The translations under genes were made by a program, and so were the position numbers. Under the pieces are notes generated by a model that did not search any database, had not been told where the DNA came from, and worked only from the letters and a program-made list of their open reading frames with translations. From Promethearchaeota archaeon (GTDB taxonomy: Archaea > Asgardarchaeota > Lokiarchaeia > Sigyniarchaeales > SOKP01), in the NCBI GenBank assembly GCA_048938005.1, contig JBHLMQ010000001.1, positions 152,925-216,924 of the forward strand: a DNA stretch of 64,000 bases. The letters run 5' to 3'. Numbering within the stretch: the stretch's first letter is position 1; each line of letters begins with the position of its first letter. This document shows, in pieces, positions 28,526 to 39,225 of this stretch.

Positions 28526-30307
28526 TTAAATATTATTAACTGCCCAACCCATCTCGAAAAATGTTTCTTCGAAATCTTGTTCAGTTTTAACTTTATATTT
28601 TGCTTCTTTAATTGCTAAAATCTTGTCCATAAATCTGCCTATTCTTCTTATTTTTAATTTTGTTGCAGAAGGATCTTTAGCAATAACCATATCCATTACA
28701 TTTTGAGTTGTTATATCCCTCCCTCCTAATTGATTATTTAATTTTCTTTCTAGCCTTCTATAAAGTAATTTTAAGGCATCTCCATACTTCATCTTATTTT
28801 TATATTCATCGATCTTTTGTGCAAAAAATGAAGATGTTCTAAATCTTGCCGCTTCTTCTTTTTTTTCTTCCTCCTCAGCGATCTTTTCTTGTTCTTTCTT
28901 TTTATCCTTTTTTGGTAGGTATTTTCTTAATGTGTAGAATGCAAGAACTGGATAAATCCATGCTGTTATAGGATTTGTGGATAAATGTACAATATATTGC
29001 ATAATAAACCCAAATATTCCTGCTGAGGTAAGATCTCTCGAATATTCTGGGCGTATATGGGCTTCATCAAAAACTATTATCCAGTCATCCTTGGTCGCTC
29101 CTTCATTTGCATACGTTAACCATTCGATAATGTTTATACCAAATTCCATATTGTCATATCCAGCCTCATTAATTAACTCATTATTAAAAAGACTCGCATC
29201 TGCAGACACAAATACTCGTTGCCTTCCATTATCTTTAGCCAAGAATACGTATTGAGAGTAACCTCCAAGAGGAAATGTATCTGGAAATGGGAAAGGTAAC
29301 AAGCTTCCTTCTAGTAAATTCATAAAACTTAAATCAAGATCATCATTTACACTGGTATTTGTAGCCTTATCATATTGTTTATTTCCATTTTTATCAATAA
29401 ATCCATACTCTGTTGTAGAACCAACCGGTTGCCAACCAAAAGCTCTAATAAATTCTCCACCGGCAGCACAAGATGCCCGCGAAAGTATTACACTATTTAT
29501 AGGGTTTGGTGTTGTGGTGGTTGCATGGGATTCCCATTGGTTATCGCGAATTACAGGAAATTCAGGAGTAGTATCGTAGGAGGCATTATCACGTAAGATA
29601 CCATCAGGAAATATTGTAATAGGGATTTGGATCTCTGCAAACATACCAGCTATCAAAATTTCCCATAATAGGGTGCTTGTAGAACCATGATCATGGCAAA
29701 TTAAGAGTGAGTTAGTTCCATTAAAGAAATTAATAAAATAGGGTATTTCGAAAATAGGATCATAAAATTGATTTGGGCCTAGTAAAATTAATAAGATTGA
29801 TTTATCCTTATCCAACCGTTCAGTAGCACTTAAGCTAGATTGTACTGTCATTACTTTATAACCATCATTTTCAATTGCACGCTTAAAATCTGAAGATCCA
29901 TTCCAGCGATTATTATAGACTGAAAAATTTTGATCATTTATTCCTTGGTCGATTATGGGGGAAAATAAAGGAATGAATACAAAAATGAAAATAATTATAA
30001 ATAAGGCTTGTTTGTATATTGAACCAGATTTAATTTTTTTACGCGATTGAGTTTCACGTACTTTTTGAGTAGTGGTGTTTCTTAAAAATATGATAAAACT
30101 AATACCACTAAATATTGCTCCTAAATAACATAAAAGAGGGATATAAGTTAGAAAAACGGGGGACTGTTCTGGATTTTCTTGTTGATAATAACCTATAAAC
30201 TCGCTAACGATAATTCCAAAAACGATTAGATATATTGTTAAAAACGTAAAAACTATTCCTTTTGAAATATTGATACTTTTTTGAGTTGCTTTTCCCGCTT
30301 TTACCAT
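28526..30307 (-). CDS. Membrane protein with a DUF4350-like extracellular domain
   Basis: Three N-terminal TMs; FSVYNNRWNGSSDF, ADASLFNNELI, IVFDEAH; TM and helical tail. Confidence 0.7.
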   Translation of the reverse strand: MVKAGKATQKSINISKGIVFTFLTIYLIVFGIIVSEFIGYYQQENPEQSPVFLTYIPLLCYLGAIFSGISFIIFLRNTTTQKVRETQSRKKIKSGSIYKQALFIIIFIFVFIPLFSPIIDQGINDQNFSVYNNRWNGSSDFKRAIENDGYKVMTVQSSLSATERLDKDKSILLILLGPNQFYDPIFEIPYFINFFNGTNSLLICHDHGSTSTLLWEILIAGMFAEIQIPITIFPDGILRDNASYDTTPEFPVIRDNQWESHATTTTPNPINSVILSRASCAAGGEFIRAFGWQPVGSTTEYGFIDKNGNKQYDKATNTSVNDDLDLSFMNLLEGSLLPFPFPDTFPLGGYSQYVFLAKDNGRQRVFVSADASLFNNELINEAGYDNMEFGINIIEWLTYANEGATKDDWIIVFDEAHIRPEYSRDLTSAGIFGFIMQYIVHLSTNPITAWIYPVLAFYTLRKYLPKKDKKKEQEKIAEEEEKKEEAARFRTSSFFAQKIDEYKNKMKYGDALKLLYRRLERKLNNQLGGRDITTQNVMDMVIAKDPSATKLKIRRIGRFMDKILAIKEAKYKVKTEQDFEETFFEMGWAVNNI

Positions 30308-30363
30308 TATTTTTTTCTTAATATTATTTTGTAATTATAAAAAACTAAAATTAATCTGTATAG

Positions 30364-30741
30364 TTACAATTTGAAGCTAAATGTTTTTCCTGTGATTTCA
30401 TTGTATAAATTTGAAAACAGATCAATTGCATAATTTAGTTCTGTATTTGTAGGTTCAATTCCGCCATAGATAATGTCTTCTATTTTCTTTATAAATGGAT
30501 ATACCGATTCTGGTTTCAGATTTTTTTCTAATTCATTCACACACGCTATTGCGTATTCTCGAATAGTTTGATGTGCTAATCTAGGTTTCTTGAACTTAAT
30601 ATTGATAATGTCATCATAGACAAGATAAATGTAGGCGATCGCCTCTTTAGGTCTATTAGATTCGACTAAAATTTTAACATTATCAAATCTCTGTTTTATA
30701 TTTATCTCTGGTTCTGGAATCTTCTTTTTCTTTTTTGCCAT
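30364..30741 (-). CDS. Stand-alone DUF4129-like helical protein
   Basis: QTIREYA...IEDIIYG pattern (T.RE...E...YG). Confidence 0.7.
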   Translation of the reverse strand: MAKKKKKIPEPEINIKQRFDNVKILVESNRPKEAIAYIYLVYDDIINIKFKKPRLAHQTIREYAIACVNELEKNLKPESVYPFIKKIEDIIYGGIEPTNTELNYAIDLFSNLYNEITGKTFSFKL

Positions 30742-30865
30742 TATTTATTATCAACTTCAGTATTTTTTTCAAATAATTTATTTTATAATTTTTTTCGAAT
30801 TTATAATTTTTTGTACTAATCTTTTTAATTACTATTTTTTTTGATATTTTTATCTGAAATTATAG

Positions 30866-32440
30866 TTAAAAATTTAATTGAAAATTATAACCAGTTAATT
30901 GGAAATATATTGGTGAAAATAAATCACATGTTTTATAAAAATCATTTTCTGTTATTTTAAAGGGCTTTGCGTAGATTATCTCTTCAACTTTTTGAATAAA
31001 GGGGTACATAGCCGCTGGAGTAAGTTTTAATTCTTTAACAGAAATTATTGCGAAATCTCTTATTGTCTCATTTTCTTTTCTAGATCTACCATATTTTGCA
31101 TTAACTAAATCCATATAAATTGCGTTAAACAAATAAGATATAGATTCTTCTAATCTACCTGAATCTTTAAGTAGTTTAAAATTAAGAATTTTTGATTCAA
31201 GAGGTAATTTCACAACTCGTGATTCTTTTTCTTGATTTTTATAATAACGATACCCTAACACACCCAAAATTGCTATTACAACTGCTAGAATTGGAAAAAA
31301 TATTATAGAAAACAATAAACCTGGGATTTCCCACCATTCAGTAGGAGTAGAAGGGGTGTAAGAAGTGCCGGTAATACTTATGTATTCAACACTAGAAAGG
31401 TAAACTCCAGCAGTGTTTACAACTTCGATTTCGATTGATTTATTACCTGTTTCAGTAGGTATATATGGATAAATAAAATCTCCATTGGAATCTGTACTCA
31501 CAGAACCAATTTGAATTCCATCGAATCTTATCCTAAGTAATCTATTACTTATTTTAAGAGAGTTATCATTCATTGATATTAATTGTCCTTTTATTGTTAT
31601 TTGTTCTCCTTCAGATGCGTTGCTTACTATATCCCAGTTGCATATTATATCTGAAAACAGGTTTATGTTCGGTATTATGACTTCTGATTTATTTATTCTG
31701 CCAAAATCACCCGAATAACTTAAATTTAAATTAATCGATTGATTAAAAGCGTCACTAGGAATTGTTATATCTTGTGAAAAAAATCCAAGAGGATTTGTAA
31801 AAAAAGAAAAATTCGGCCATGTATATGAACTGTTAAACCAATGATGATTTATTTGTTTATTTGGGATGCCTGTACCATTCATATAATCATATCTTAAAAA
31901 TCCCTCAATTCTAAAATCTTCTCCAGGAATTTTAGGAGAGGTATCTGCAGTTATAATATCAAAAACTGAAGTGGCATTTGCGAAGATAATTAAAAAATTG
32001 TTTTTTTCAACTTTTCCTCTGCTAGCATCTGTTACATTTACTTGGATTTTATATCCTGAAATAGAGTACACGTCAAAGCTATAGGGTATTATAAAATCAA
32101 TTTGAAAATCTCCACTATCATTTGTTATATCGGTAAATTGAGGATATAAAATATCATCCGCATAAATCGCAACTTCCATAAATTCAACACCAGTCCCATT
32201 ATTATATTTGAGATCTCCTTTAATTGTTATTGTCTCATTATGGTAATGGCGAGTATTATTTAATTCAACACTTGTAATATTTGTAGTTGCCCACCATGCG
32301 GAAATTTTTGGAGAAACATCATTAAAATTAACATTTCTATTTAATAACTTGAAAGGGATGGTAGAAAAAATTAAAGATACAGAGATTACGATTAAAATAA
32401 TCATTGATTGTTTCGTTGAAGACAATTTTAATTTTGTCAT
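30866..32440 (-). CDS. Surface protein: three Ig-like repeats, TM, C-terminal DUF4129-like domain
   Basis: Repeats I.I.G.L...T(N/D)..G.F; TM at IIFFPILAVVIAILG; ETIRDFA...EEIIYA. Confidence 0.75.
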   Translation of the reverse strand: MTKLKLSSTKQSMIILIVISVSLIFSTIPFKLLNRNVNFNDVSPKISAWWATTNITSVELNNTRHYHNETITIKGDLKYNNGTGVEFMEVAIYADDILYPQFTDITNDSGDFQIDFIIPYSFDVYSISGYKIQVNVTDASRGKVEKNNFLIIFANATSVFDIITADTSPKIPGEDFRIEGFLRYDYMNGTGIPNKQINHHWFNSSYTWPNFSFFTNPLGFFSQDITIPSDAFNQSINLNLSYSGDFGRINKSEVIIPNINLFSDIICNWDIVSNASEGEQITIKGQLISMNDNSLKISNRLLRIRFDGIQIGSVSTDSNGDFIYPYIPTETGNKSIEIEVVNTAGVYLSSVEYISITGTSYTPSTPTEWWEIPGLLFSIIFFPILAVVIAILGVLGYRYYKNQEKESRVVKLPLESKILNFKLLKDSGRLEESISYLFNAIYMDLVNAKYGRSRKENETIRDFAIISVKELKLTPAAMYPFIQKVEEIIYAKPFKITENDFYKTCDLFSPIYFQLTGYNFQLNF

Positions 32441-32481
32441 ACTATTTTAATTTCTTCTATTTTATTATTTTATTTTATTCT

Positions 32482-35400
32482 TTATGTGAATTGTAATTCA
32501 GTTTTGTCTACATATTCAAGATTATTATCTTTAGGTTCAAAGTAAACAATTATTTTAGTTTGGCTAACATAATCGGGCCATGAACTGTCTACTATTAAAG
32601 ATGCGTTAAAACCTCCATATTGATCTGTTACAACTGTATCATTGAATGCTACAATCTCACCATTTAACAATTGAACAGTTACATTCACTTTCATGTTTGC
32701 CATAGCTGTCCCATTGTCCCATGTCAAGTTTCCATAGATATAAAGAATATCGTCCACCCACCAATCACCATCAGAGATATCATGGGGGGTAGTATGATAA
32801 CCTTCTTGAATAATTATTGTTCCAGCTGTGATATTTAATAATTTCCTAGCACTGCTGGTATTAATCATATAATTGGTTACACTTATCCCAGGAGCTGAAA
32901 TTGTCCCATTAAAATCAACTCTTAAGTAATATTCTCCCTGAGGGCAATTTAGATTTATAGAATTGACCTGAAATTGATAGGTTCCATCATTCTGAATAAT
33001 AACGTATTGACCCCAGGGCATATCCAGATATCCAGAGATGTCATTATCGTCATTATCTAATAAAACTAATTTTAATTCCATTCCTTTCATATTTTTTCCG
33101 TCTTTTTCTACATTTCCATATACGTTAAAACCACCATTACCTCTAGTAATAACATTTGTACCTGGATTAGCATTAATATTTACAGTTTCATTTATAATTA
33201 TATAAGTAGTATTAATAGTAGCAAAAATATCATATTCAACTCTAATTCTATTTAATCCCGCGTGAAAATCATTAATATCATTGGTGGAGATATTAAATTG
33301 GACAAAACCTGTATCTAAGGGACCAAACTTGTAATTATCTAATTCCCTACCATTATATTCGTTATATACATATACTGTTCGTCCATTGAAAGGAAGAGGG
33401 TGAAGTATTTGTACTTGGAAATGTGCTGTTTCACCTCGATTATAACGCTCAGGTAGGTAACCATCATTATAAAAAGTTGAAGTGGGTCTTCCCTCAACTG
33501 CTAAATATATTGTTAAATTTTCAGGATCTATAACCTTTAGTTCATTAGGTATGAAATATGAAACACTTAAATCATTAATAAAAAATGAAGATGGATAAGG
33601 ATTCCCTGGATCAAAAGTGAAATCAAAAAATCCATCAAAATCTAATCTCAAAGTATAATTGGTAGCGGGAGTATCGGGTTGAACCCCTAGATCAAAAGTA
33701 AATAAATTAGAGCCTCCTGTATCTTGAAATAGAGGGAATTGAGGATTTAAATATTGAGACATAGGAGATCCCATTCTAAACATTCTTAAAGCAATTTCAG
33801 AATAATAAATGTCATTATTAGAAGTATCTATTAAGCGGCACATTGTGTTAAATTGCGTACCAAAACTTCCTGTTCGATTTATTTCCCGTGGTATCGGCCC
33901 AGAGATGAAATCAAATACAATAGATTCATTAACAATATAATATGAATAATTGAAATCGCCACCATACTTTGCATATACTAAAGTTGGACCAGATTTATTA
34001 TTAACCCCAATATCGTATATAAACGAAGCAATACCCTTGGAATTTGTAATATCAGTCCCAATCATAACATTTCCATTTGTGTAGTCATAAAATTCAACGA
34101 TTTCGCCAGGATCAGGAGACATTATATCTTCATCAATGAGTATTGCTGATAGATTAAGCTGTTCACCTCGTTTAACGTTTATTAAATTACTTGGATTTGG
34201 AGGAAATGGAAAATCTGTTGGTTGCCCGTCAATTGAGAATAACAATCTATATGTCAATTCTTCAGTTATAGTGAAGTCCATTTTATTACTTGAATTATCC
34301 ATAATCCCAAAAGGAGCGAGAAGGACTCCTCCCCAAGATCCATTGAAGTCTACCCTGATTTCGTAATTTCCCCTCGGGACCCAAGAATTAACACTCACGA
34401 TTTCATTAAAATTACCATTAATATCTGTATCTATAGAGTTAATATCAAATGGATTTATGATTTTATTCTGTGTACTTTTGTCTAATAAGACAAATTCAAC
34501 TGTTGCATTTCTTACTCCTTGATTAGCTACTGGATCATAAACATAACCTTGGATTGTTGTTGTGGTGCTTATAGAGCGATTAATTGTTTGAGGATAAACA
34601 TTTGTGAGATTTACTTGTATATTACCATAAATCATGTAGGAAGTGAAGTTGTTTGCTAATTGGTATGATGCCATTATTAAATGAGGGCCAACAACTTGGG
34701 ATTCATTAATATTAACCAAAATTGAGGCTGTACCATTTTGATCAGTATATGCTTCACCAAGTATTAATCCTGAATTCAAATCGGTAAATGTGATTCTTTT
34801 ATTATTTATAGATCCTGTATCAGAACTTAAAGTAGCAGTTAAGTTAGCTTTCGGACCTCTATAACCTGCGGTGAAGTTTGAATTAACTTTAATCCTATAA
34901 TTCGCCATAGGATTTCCACCAGCTCCAAAAGAATCAAAAATAATGTCCATTTGTGTCCACATACCATCTCCAGAGATACTAGTTGGAACAAAAATTTCAG
35001 CCCAATTGTATAAATTCATATATTTAATTGCAAAATACCATTTATTTTCAGTATCATCATACTCGGGTACAATGCCTTGACTATGAAATCCATTAACAAA
35101 TCGACTTGATACATTGAAGGCTCTTGTAAACGCGCAAAATGCGGAAGCAAATTCTGACCATAAACCTTCTCCATGTTCACAGAACCACTCTACAATATCT
35201 TCTCCATCTGCTGGTGGGTCATTAGTCAATGCATTAATATCAACAATGAAATTAGTCTGGAGATAATTCCTGATTTTATTAGCTACCATAAAAGTATTAT
35301 CATTATCATCAATAATCAAATCTAAAGCATCATAATGAGATTTAAAATAAGGGTGTGTATTGATATAAGTATCTATTGAGGGAGGTAAATGTAAATATAG

Positions 35401-36240
35401 ATTTTTTATGAATACTGGAGTATACTGTGCTTCAACAGCACTATTATTAATATCTACATTCGATGGTAAATTTAATCCAAACATTTCATATGTCATATTA
35501 ACAGGATCTTCACTATAAAATTGAAGATCTAATGTTGTACAATTAAAATCATTTTTAAAGAGAGTAATAGAGTCTAGATCTAAATTATCAGCGTAAAGCC
35601 CTTCCATTATAAAAGGGATTGGGAAAAATGAAGGGATTACCATAGAATTAGGGCCCAGATTAGGAGATAATGGTATTTTTAATTGTATTAAATCTAAATA
35701 TGAATATTTTGAACTATAATTACTATAAGAATAAAAATCGTAAAAATTGGTTGCAGCTGTTGAATGCCATTGATCTCCCATAAATTCATCAAAACATTCA
35801 TACCTCCATAACTTATTAGTCATATCGATAATTGAATCATAATCATAAACTCTGAAAACTTCTTGCTCACCAGCTTGAGAACCTAATAGTGCGAGAAGCG
35901 CTTCTGAAAAATCGCTTAAATCTAGATCATCGATGCCTCCATCCAACATCTCAGATAACATATCCATAACATCTGCTAATTCATCCGGATTTAAATCATT
36001 AAATAAATTTTGCCAAAAATCTGCATCAAATGGATATGGTGGTTTTGTTAGTAAGGCGTCTTCATACTCAGTATTCGCTTTTTCTTTACTGGGAAAAGGT
36101 CTTTGAGTACCAAAGAGAAAACTAAATAAAACCACTGAGAAAGCAAACATTGCAAGTAAGAGCATCGCAACTAATGCTATTCCTAAAATTCTCTTTTTGT
36201 TAATGGCGCTCCCTAATAATTCCTCTCTTAATTCTGACAT
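32482..36240 (-). CDS. Large membrane-anchored transglutaminase-like protein with Ig-like repeats, catalytic residues degenerate
   Basis: N-terminal TM; GLWSEFASAF...RAFNVSSRFVNGF...NWAEIF...W..MD; repeated TDxNG/TDxYG and RVDFNG beta-sandwich motifs. Confidence 0.8.
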   Translation of the reverse strand: MSELREELLGSAINKKRILGIALVAMLLLAMFAFSVVLFSFLFGTQRPFPSKEKANTEYEDALLTKPPYPFDADFWQNLFNDLNPDELADVMDMLSEMLDGGIDDLDLSDFSEALLALLGSQAGEQEVFRVYDYDSIIDMTNKLWRYECFDEFMGDQWHSTAATNFYDFYSYSNYSSKYSYLDLIQLKIPLSPNLGPNSMVIPSFFPIPFIMEGLYADNLDLDSITLFKNDFNCTTLDLQFYSEDPVNMTYEMFGLNLPSNVDINNSAVEAQYTPVFIKNLYLHLPPSIDTYINTHPYFKSHYDALDLIIDDNDNTFMVANKIRNYLQTNFIVDINALTNDPPADGEDIVEWFCEHGEGLWSEFASAFCAFTRAFNVSSRFVNGFHSQGIVPEYDDTENKWYFAIKYMNLYNWAEIFVPTSISGDGMWTQMDIIFDSFGAGGNPMANYRIKVNSNFTAGYRGPKANLTATLSSDTGSINNKRITFTDLNSGLILGEAYTDQNGTASILVNINESQVVGPHLIMASYQLANNFTSYMIYGNIQVNLTNVYPQTINRSISTTTTIQGYVYDPVANQGVRNATVEFVLLDKSTQNKIINPFDINSIDTDINGNFNEIVSVNSWVPRGNYEIRVDFNGSWGGVLLAPFGIMDNSSNKMDFTITEELTYRLLFSIDGQPTDFPFPPNPSNLINVKRGEQLNLSAILIDEDIMSPDPGEIVEFYDYTNGNVMIGTDITNSKGIASFIYDIGVNNKSGPTLVYAKYGGDFNYSYYIVNESIVFDFISGPIPREINRTGSFGTQFNTMCRLIDTSNNDIYYSEIALRMFRMGSPMSQYLNPQFPLFQDTGGSNLFTFDLGVQPDTPATNYTLRLDFDGFFDFTFDPGNPYPSSFFINDLSVSYFIPNELKVIDPENLTIYLAVEGRPTSTFYNDGYLPERYNRGETAHFQVQILHPLPFNGRTVYVYNEYNGRELDNYKFGPLDTGFVQFNISTNDINDFHAGLNRIRVEYDIFATINTTYIIINETVNINANPGTNVITRGNGGFNVYGNVEKDGKNMKGMELKLVLLDNDDNDISGYLDMPWGQYVIIQNDGTYQFQVNSINLNCPQGEYYLRVDFNGTISAPGISVTNYMINTSSARKLLNITAGTIIIQEGYHTTPHDISDGDWWVDDILYIYGNLTWDNGTAMANMKVNVTVQLLNGEIVAFNDTVVTDQYGGFNASLIVDSSWPDYVSQTKIIVYFEPKDNNLEYVDKTELQFT

Positions 36241-36491
36241 AATATACTAAAATTAACCTTTTTAATAACCAAAAAGAATTTAGAATATTAATCAAAATTA
36301 TTATTTATATAATTTTCCACATATTTTTTTGAATTGTTAAGTTCTTCAAAAATAAATTAATAGAAAGAATTTATATCAATTTCATTAAAAAAAAGTTTTC
36401 AAAAATTAAATTAGGTAATTAAACCAATATCAAAATATTCAAAAAGATGATTTAAAAAATTCTAAGGATATAAAAGAAAAATTTGAAAACT

Positions 36492-37358
36492 TTAAAATTC
36501 AAAACCACATTTAGTACAAACATATTTTTTAGCATAGATTGGTTTGGGAATGTAGCTTATTATTCGTGTTTTATCTTCAACTTCTTTTACAGCAAACCCG
36601 GATGCGCCACAATTAGGGCAAATTCTCCTACCACTTCCCATCTGAACAGATGGACTTGGAGTAGATGTTGGAGTAGTTGTTAAGCCTGGAGTAGCAGTAT
36701 AGCTTGTTGTTTGATTGGTTATCCCTTGGGCTAAGCTAGAGGGCATAACTGCTTTAGGTTCTTTTAATTCTTCAATCCGTTTTTCTTTATAAATAATTTC
36801 TTCCTGTAATTTTTTAATTTGCGCTTGTAAAGGGCCAATCTGTTGTTGTAACATAGAATTATGTTGCTGCAATTCTTGAACTTGTTGTTGTAATCCTGGG
36901 ATATGAGCTTGTAATTGAGCATTTTCGTCAGTTAATTGCTTTACTTGCTGCTGATAAGCTTCAGTTGAAGTTTGTAGAGATTGCAATTGATTTGTTATTC
37001 GATTTACTTGACTTTCCTTCTCTCGAAGTTGAGCATTTAATTGGGAATTTTGAGAACTTAAACTATTAATTTGAGATTGTAACTGACTTATGCTAGAATC
37101 TTTTTCCTGGAGTTGAGTTATTACTGAAGCATATTGTTCTTGTGAAGATCCTATAGAGATTGAAGGTGTGGGTTCAATAATAGGTGGAGAAGGAGGTTGC
37201 AATGTAAGAGGTGGTGTCGTAGATGGTGTAGTAGAAGGTGGGGGCATTGAGGGAGGGGGTGTTAGTGGAGTTACTGAAGGAGGAGGCATTGAGGGAGTAG
37301 AGAATTCTTTTTTTTTCTTTTTCTTATCATCATCATTTTTCTCATATTCATATGACAT
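36492..37358 (-). CDS. Pro-rich / Gln-rich coiled-coil protein with a C-terminal Zn ribbon
   Basis: PSMPPPS twice; long heptad region; CPNCG...CTKCG. Confidence 0.8.
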   Translation of the reverse strand: MSYEYEKNDDDKKKKKKEFSTPSMPPPSVTPLTPPPSMPPPSTTPSTTPPLTLQPPSPPIIEPTPSISIGSSQEQYASVITQLQEKDSSISQLQSQINSLSSQNSQLNAQLREKESQVNRITNQLQSLQTSTEAYQQQVKQLTDENAQLQAHIPGLQQQVQELQQHNSMLQQQIGPLQAQIKKLQEEIIYKEKRIEELKEPKAVMPSSLAQGITNQTTSYTATPGLTTTPTSTPSPSVQMGSGRRICPNCGASGFAVKEVEDKTRIISYIPKPIYAKKYVCTKCGFEF

Positions 37359-37466
37359 AATAATCTTCTTTTTCTTGCATTAATTTAATAATAATTTCAA
37401 TAATTCAATAGGAATAATTATGATTATAGCATAAATGTAAATATAAAAGTGTTTGTATGTTATATC

Positions 37467-38558
37467 TTAAAAACATTTCCAATATGAACTTAATTTTTCT
37501 TTCAAGGCGGGAATAAGTTTGTTATTATAATAATCAAGCAATACTGGTCTAGAAGTTCTTGATTCTTCTTTTATTAAATTGTCCTCCTCATCATTAAGGA
37601 CTTTTAAACAATTGTAAACAGCTCGAGCTTGTTTATCCAATTGATATCCACCTTCTAATGTTATGAGAATCCTATCATTTGCATATTTCTGTGCGATTGT
37701 TTTAATTTTTACCAGATATTCTGCAGGTGATTGGTATGTCCAATTCAAATCAGTCAACTCATCTGTCCAATGAGTATCAAAACCAGCTGAAATTAAGATA
37801 AATTCTGGCTTAAATTCGTCACATATAGGTGCTATTATTTCATCAAAGTATATTGGGATTGCATCATCAGCAGTGCCAGCGGGCATTGGATAATTGATGA
37901 TTTTACCGGCGCCTTTACCTGTACCGATCTCATCATAGTTCCCACTTCCAGGATAGAAATAACCATATTGATGAGAATTAAATATCACTACTTCACCTAA
38001 TTCTGACTTAGAACCTTGATAAAAAATATCTTGAGTACCATTCCCATGGTGACAATCCCAATCAATGATAACTATTTTTCTAATTCCTTTTTCTCTAATA
38101 AGATATTCAGTAGCAATAGCAATATTATTAAAAATACAAAATCCAGCAAATTTATAGGAATTAGAGTGGTGTCCAGGGGGTCTCACTAAAGCGAACGCAT
38201 TCTTTATATTCCTATTCAAAATCTCATCAGCAGCTTGCAAATTGCCCCCAACTGAGTATAAGGATGCTTCATATGTTTTAGGAGACGCAACAGTATCCAA
38301 ATCTATTGCTTGAAGACGATGCGTTTTTGCACTTAATTCACAAATTTCTTGTATCTCTTTTATTAATCTTTCCATGTGAACATACTGTATTTGGTCTAAA
38401 GTTGCTTTCCTCGGCTTAATTATTTTAAAGCTTGGATCTTCAAATAAATTCTTTTCTTTTAGAAAATCCATGATTGTAATTAATCTATGATGGCTCTCTG
38501 GATGATCACCAATGTTGTGTTCTAAGTAAATTGGGTCGTAGACTATACCTGTTGTCAT
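37467..38558 (-). CDS. Histone deacetylase family (Zn-dependent) protein
   Basis: HPES, RPPGHH, GFCIFNN, DWDCHHGNGTQ, SAGFD, LEGGY. Confidence 0.95.
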   Translation of the reverse strand: MTTGIVYDPIYLEHNIGDHPESHHRLITIMDFLKEKNLFEDPSFKIIKPRKATLDQIQYVHMERLIKEIQEICELSAKTHRLQAIDLDTVASPKTYEASLYSVGGNLQAADEILNRNIKNAFALVRPPGHHSNSYKFAGFCIFNNIAIATEYLIREKGIRKIVIIDWDCHHGNGTQDIFYQGSKSELGEVVIFNSHQYGYFYPGSGNYDEIGTGKGAGKIINYPMPAGTADDAIPIYFDEIIAPICDEFKPEFILISAGFDTHWTDELTDLNWTYQSPAEYLVKIKTIAQKYANDRILITLEGGYQLDKQARAVYNCLKVLNDEEDNLIKEESRTSRPVLLDYYNNKLIPALKEKLSSYWKCF

Positions 38559-38658
38559 AATGTCATAGCTCTATCTTTTTATTTTTAATAATTTAGATTA
38601 GATTATTTTAGTATCTACGTATAAACTTAAAAAAGTTTCTTCATAGAAATAATTATAG

Positions 38659-39183
38659 ATGGACAAGACTAAGAAATATACTCTGAAAATCATTATAATA
38701 GGGGAACCTGCGGTTGGTAAAACGAGTTTAGTTAAAAAATTTGTCTCTGGGAAATTTACTAAAGACTATCGGGCAAGTATAGGTACTAATATCTTCATTA
38801 AAAAAATAATAATAGAAAATGATGTAGATACAACAATACAGCTCTGGGATATCGCAGGACAAGAGCGTTGGATAAAAATGAGACGACCTTATTATGCGGG
38901 AGCTAGGGGTGTGCTTATTGTAGGGGATTTGACAAGAAAAAATACGTTTGATCAAATTGAGAAATTTTGGGTTCCTGATGTAAAACAATACTGTAACATT
39001 GCCCCTATTATTTTACTTGCTAATAAGAATGATTTAAAAAAGGAACTTAGTGAAACAGAGATTAATTCTTTAGCAGAAAAAATCGCGGCATTATCAATTA
39101 TTTATACTTCAGCAAAGACAGGTGAGAATGTTGAACAGGCATTTAAAATCATATCTGAACAAGCAATAAAAACATTCTATTAG
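38659..39183 (+). CDS. Rab-like small GTPase without a C-terminal CAAX/CC tail
   Basis: GEPAVGKTS, WDIAGQE, NKND, TSAKTG. Confidence 0.95.
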   Translation: MDKTKKYTLKIIIIGEPAVGKTSLVKKFVSGKFTKDYRASIGTNIFIKKIIIENDVDTTIQLWDIAGQERWIKMRRPYYAGARGVLIVGDLTRKNTFDQIEKFWVPDVKQYCNIAPIILLANKNDLKKELSETEINSLAEKIAALSIIYTSAKTGENVEQAFKIISEQAIKTFY

Positions 39184-39225
39184 AAATTGCTTATTCCAAT
39201 AAGCTATATTGAATAAAAATTAGAG

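Noticed and set aside
37160-37300. G-rich repetitive tract
   Set aside because: Explained by Pro codons of 36492..37358; not CRISPR or a regular tandem repeat.
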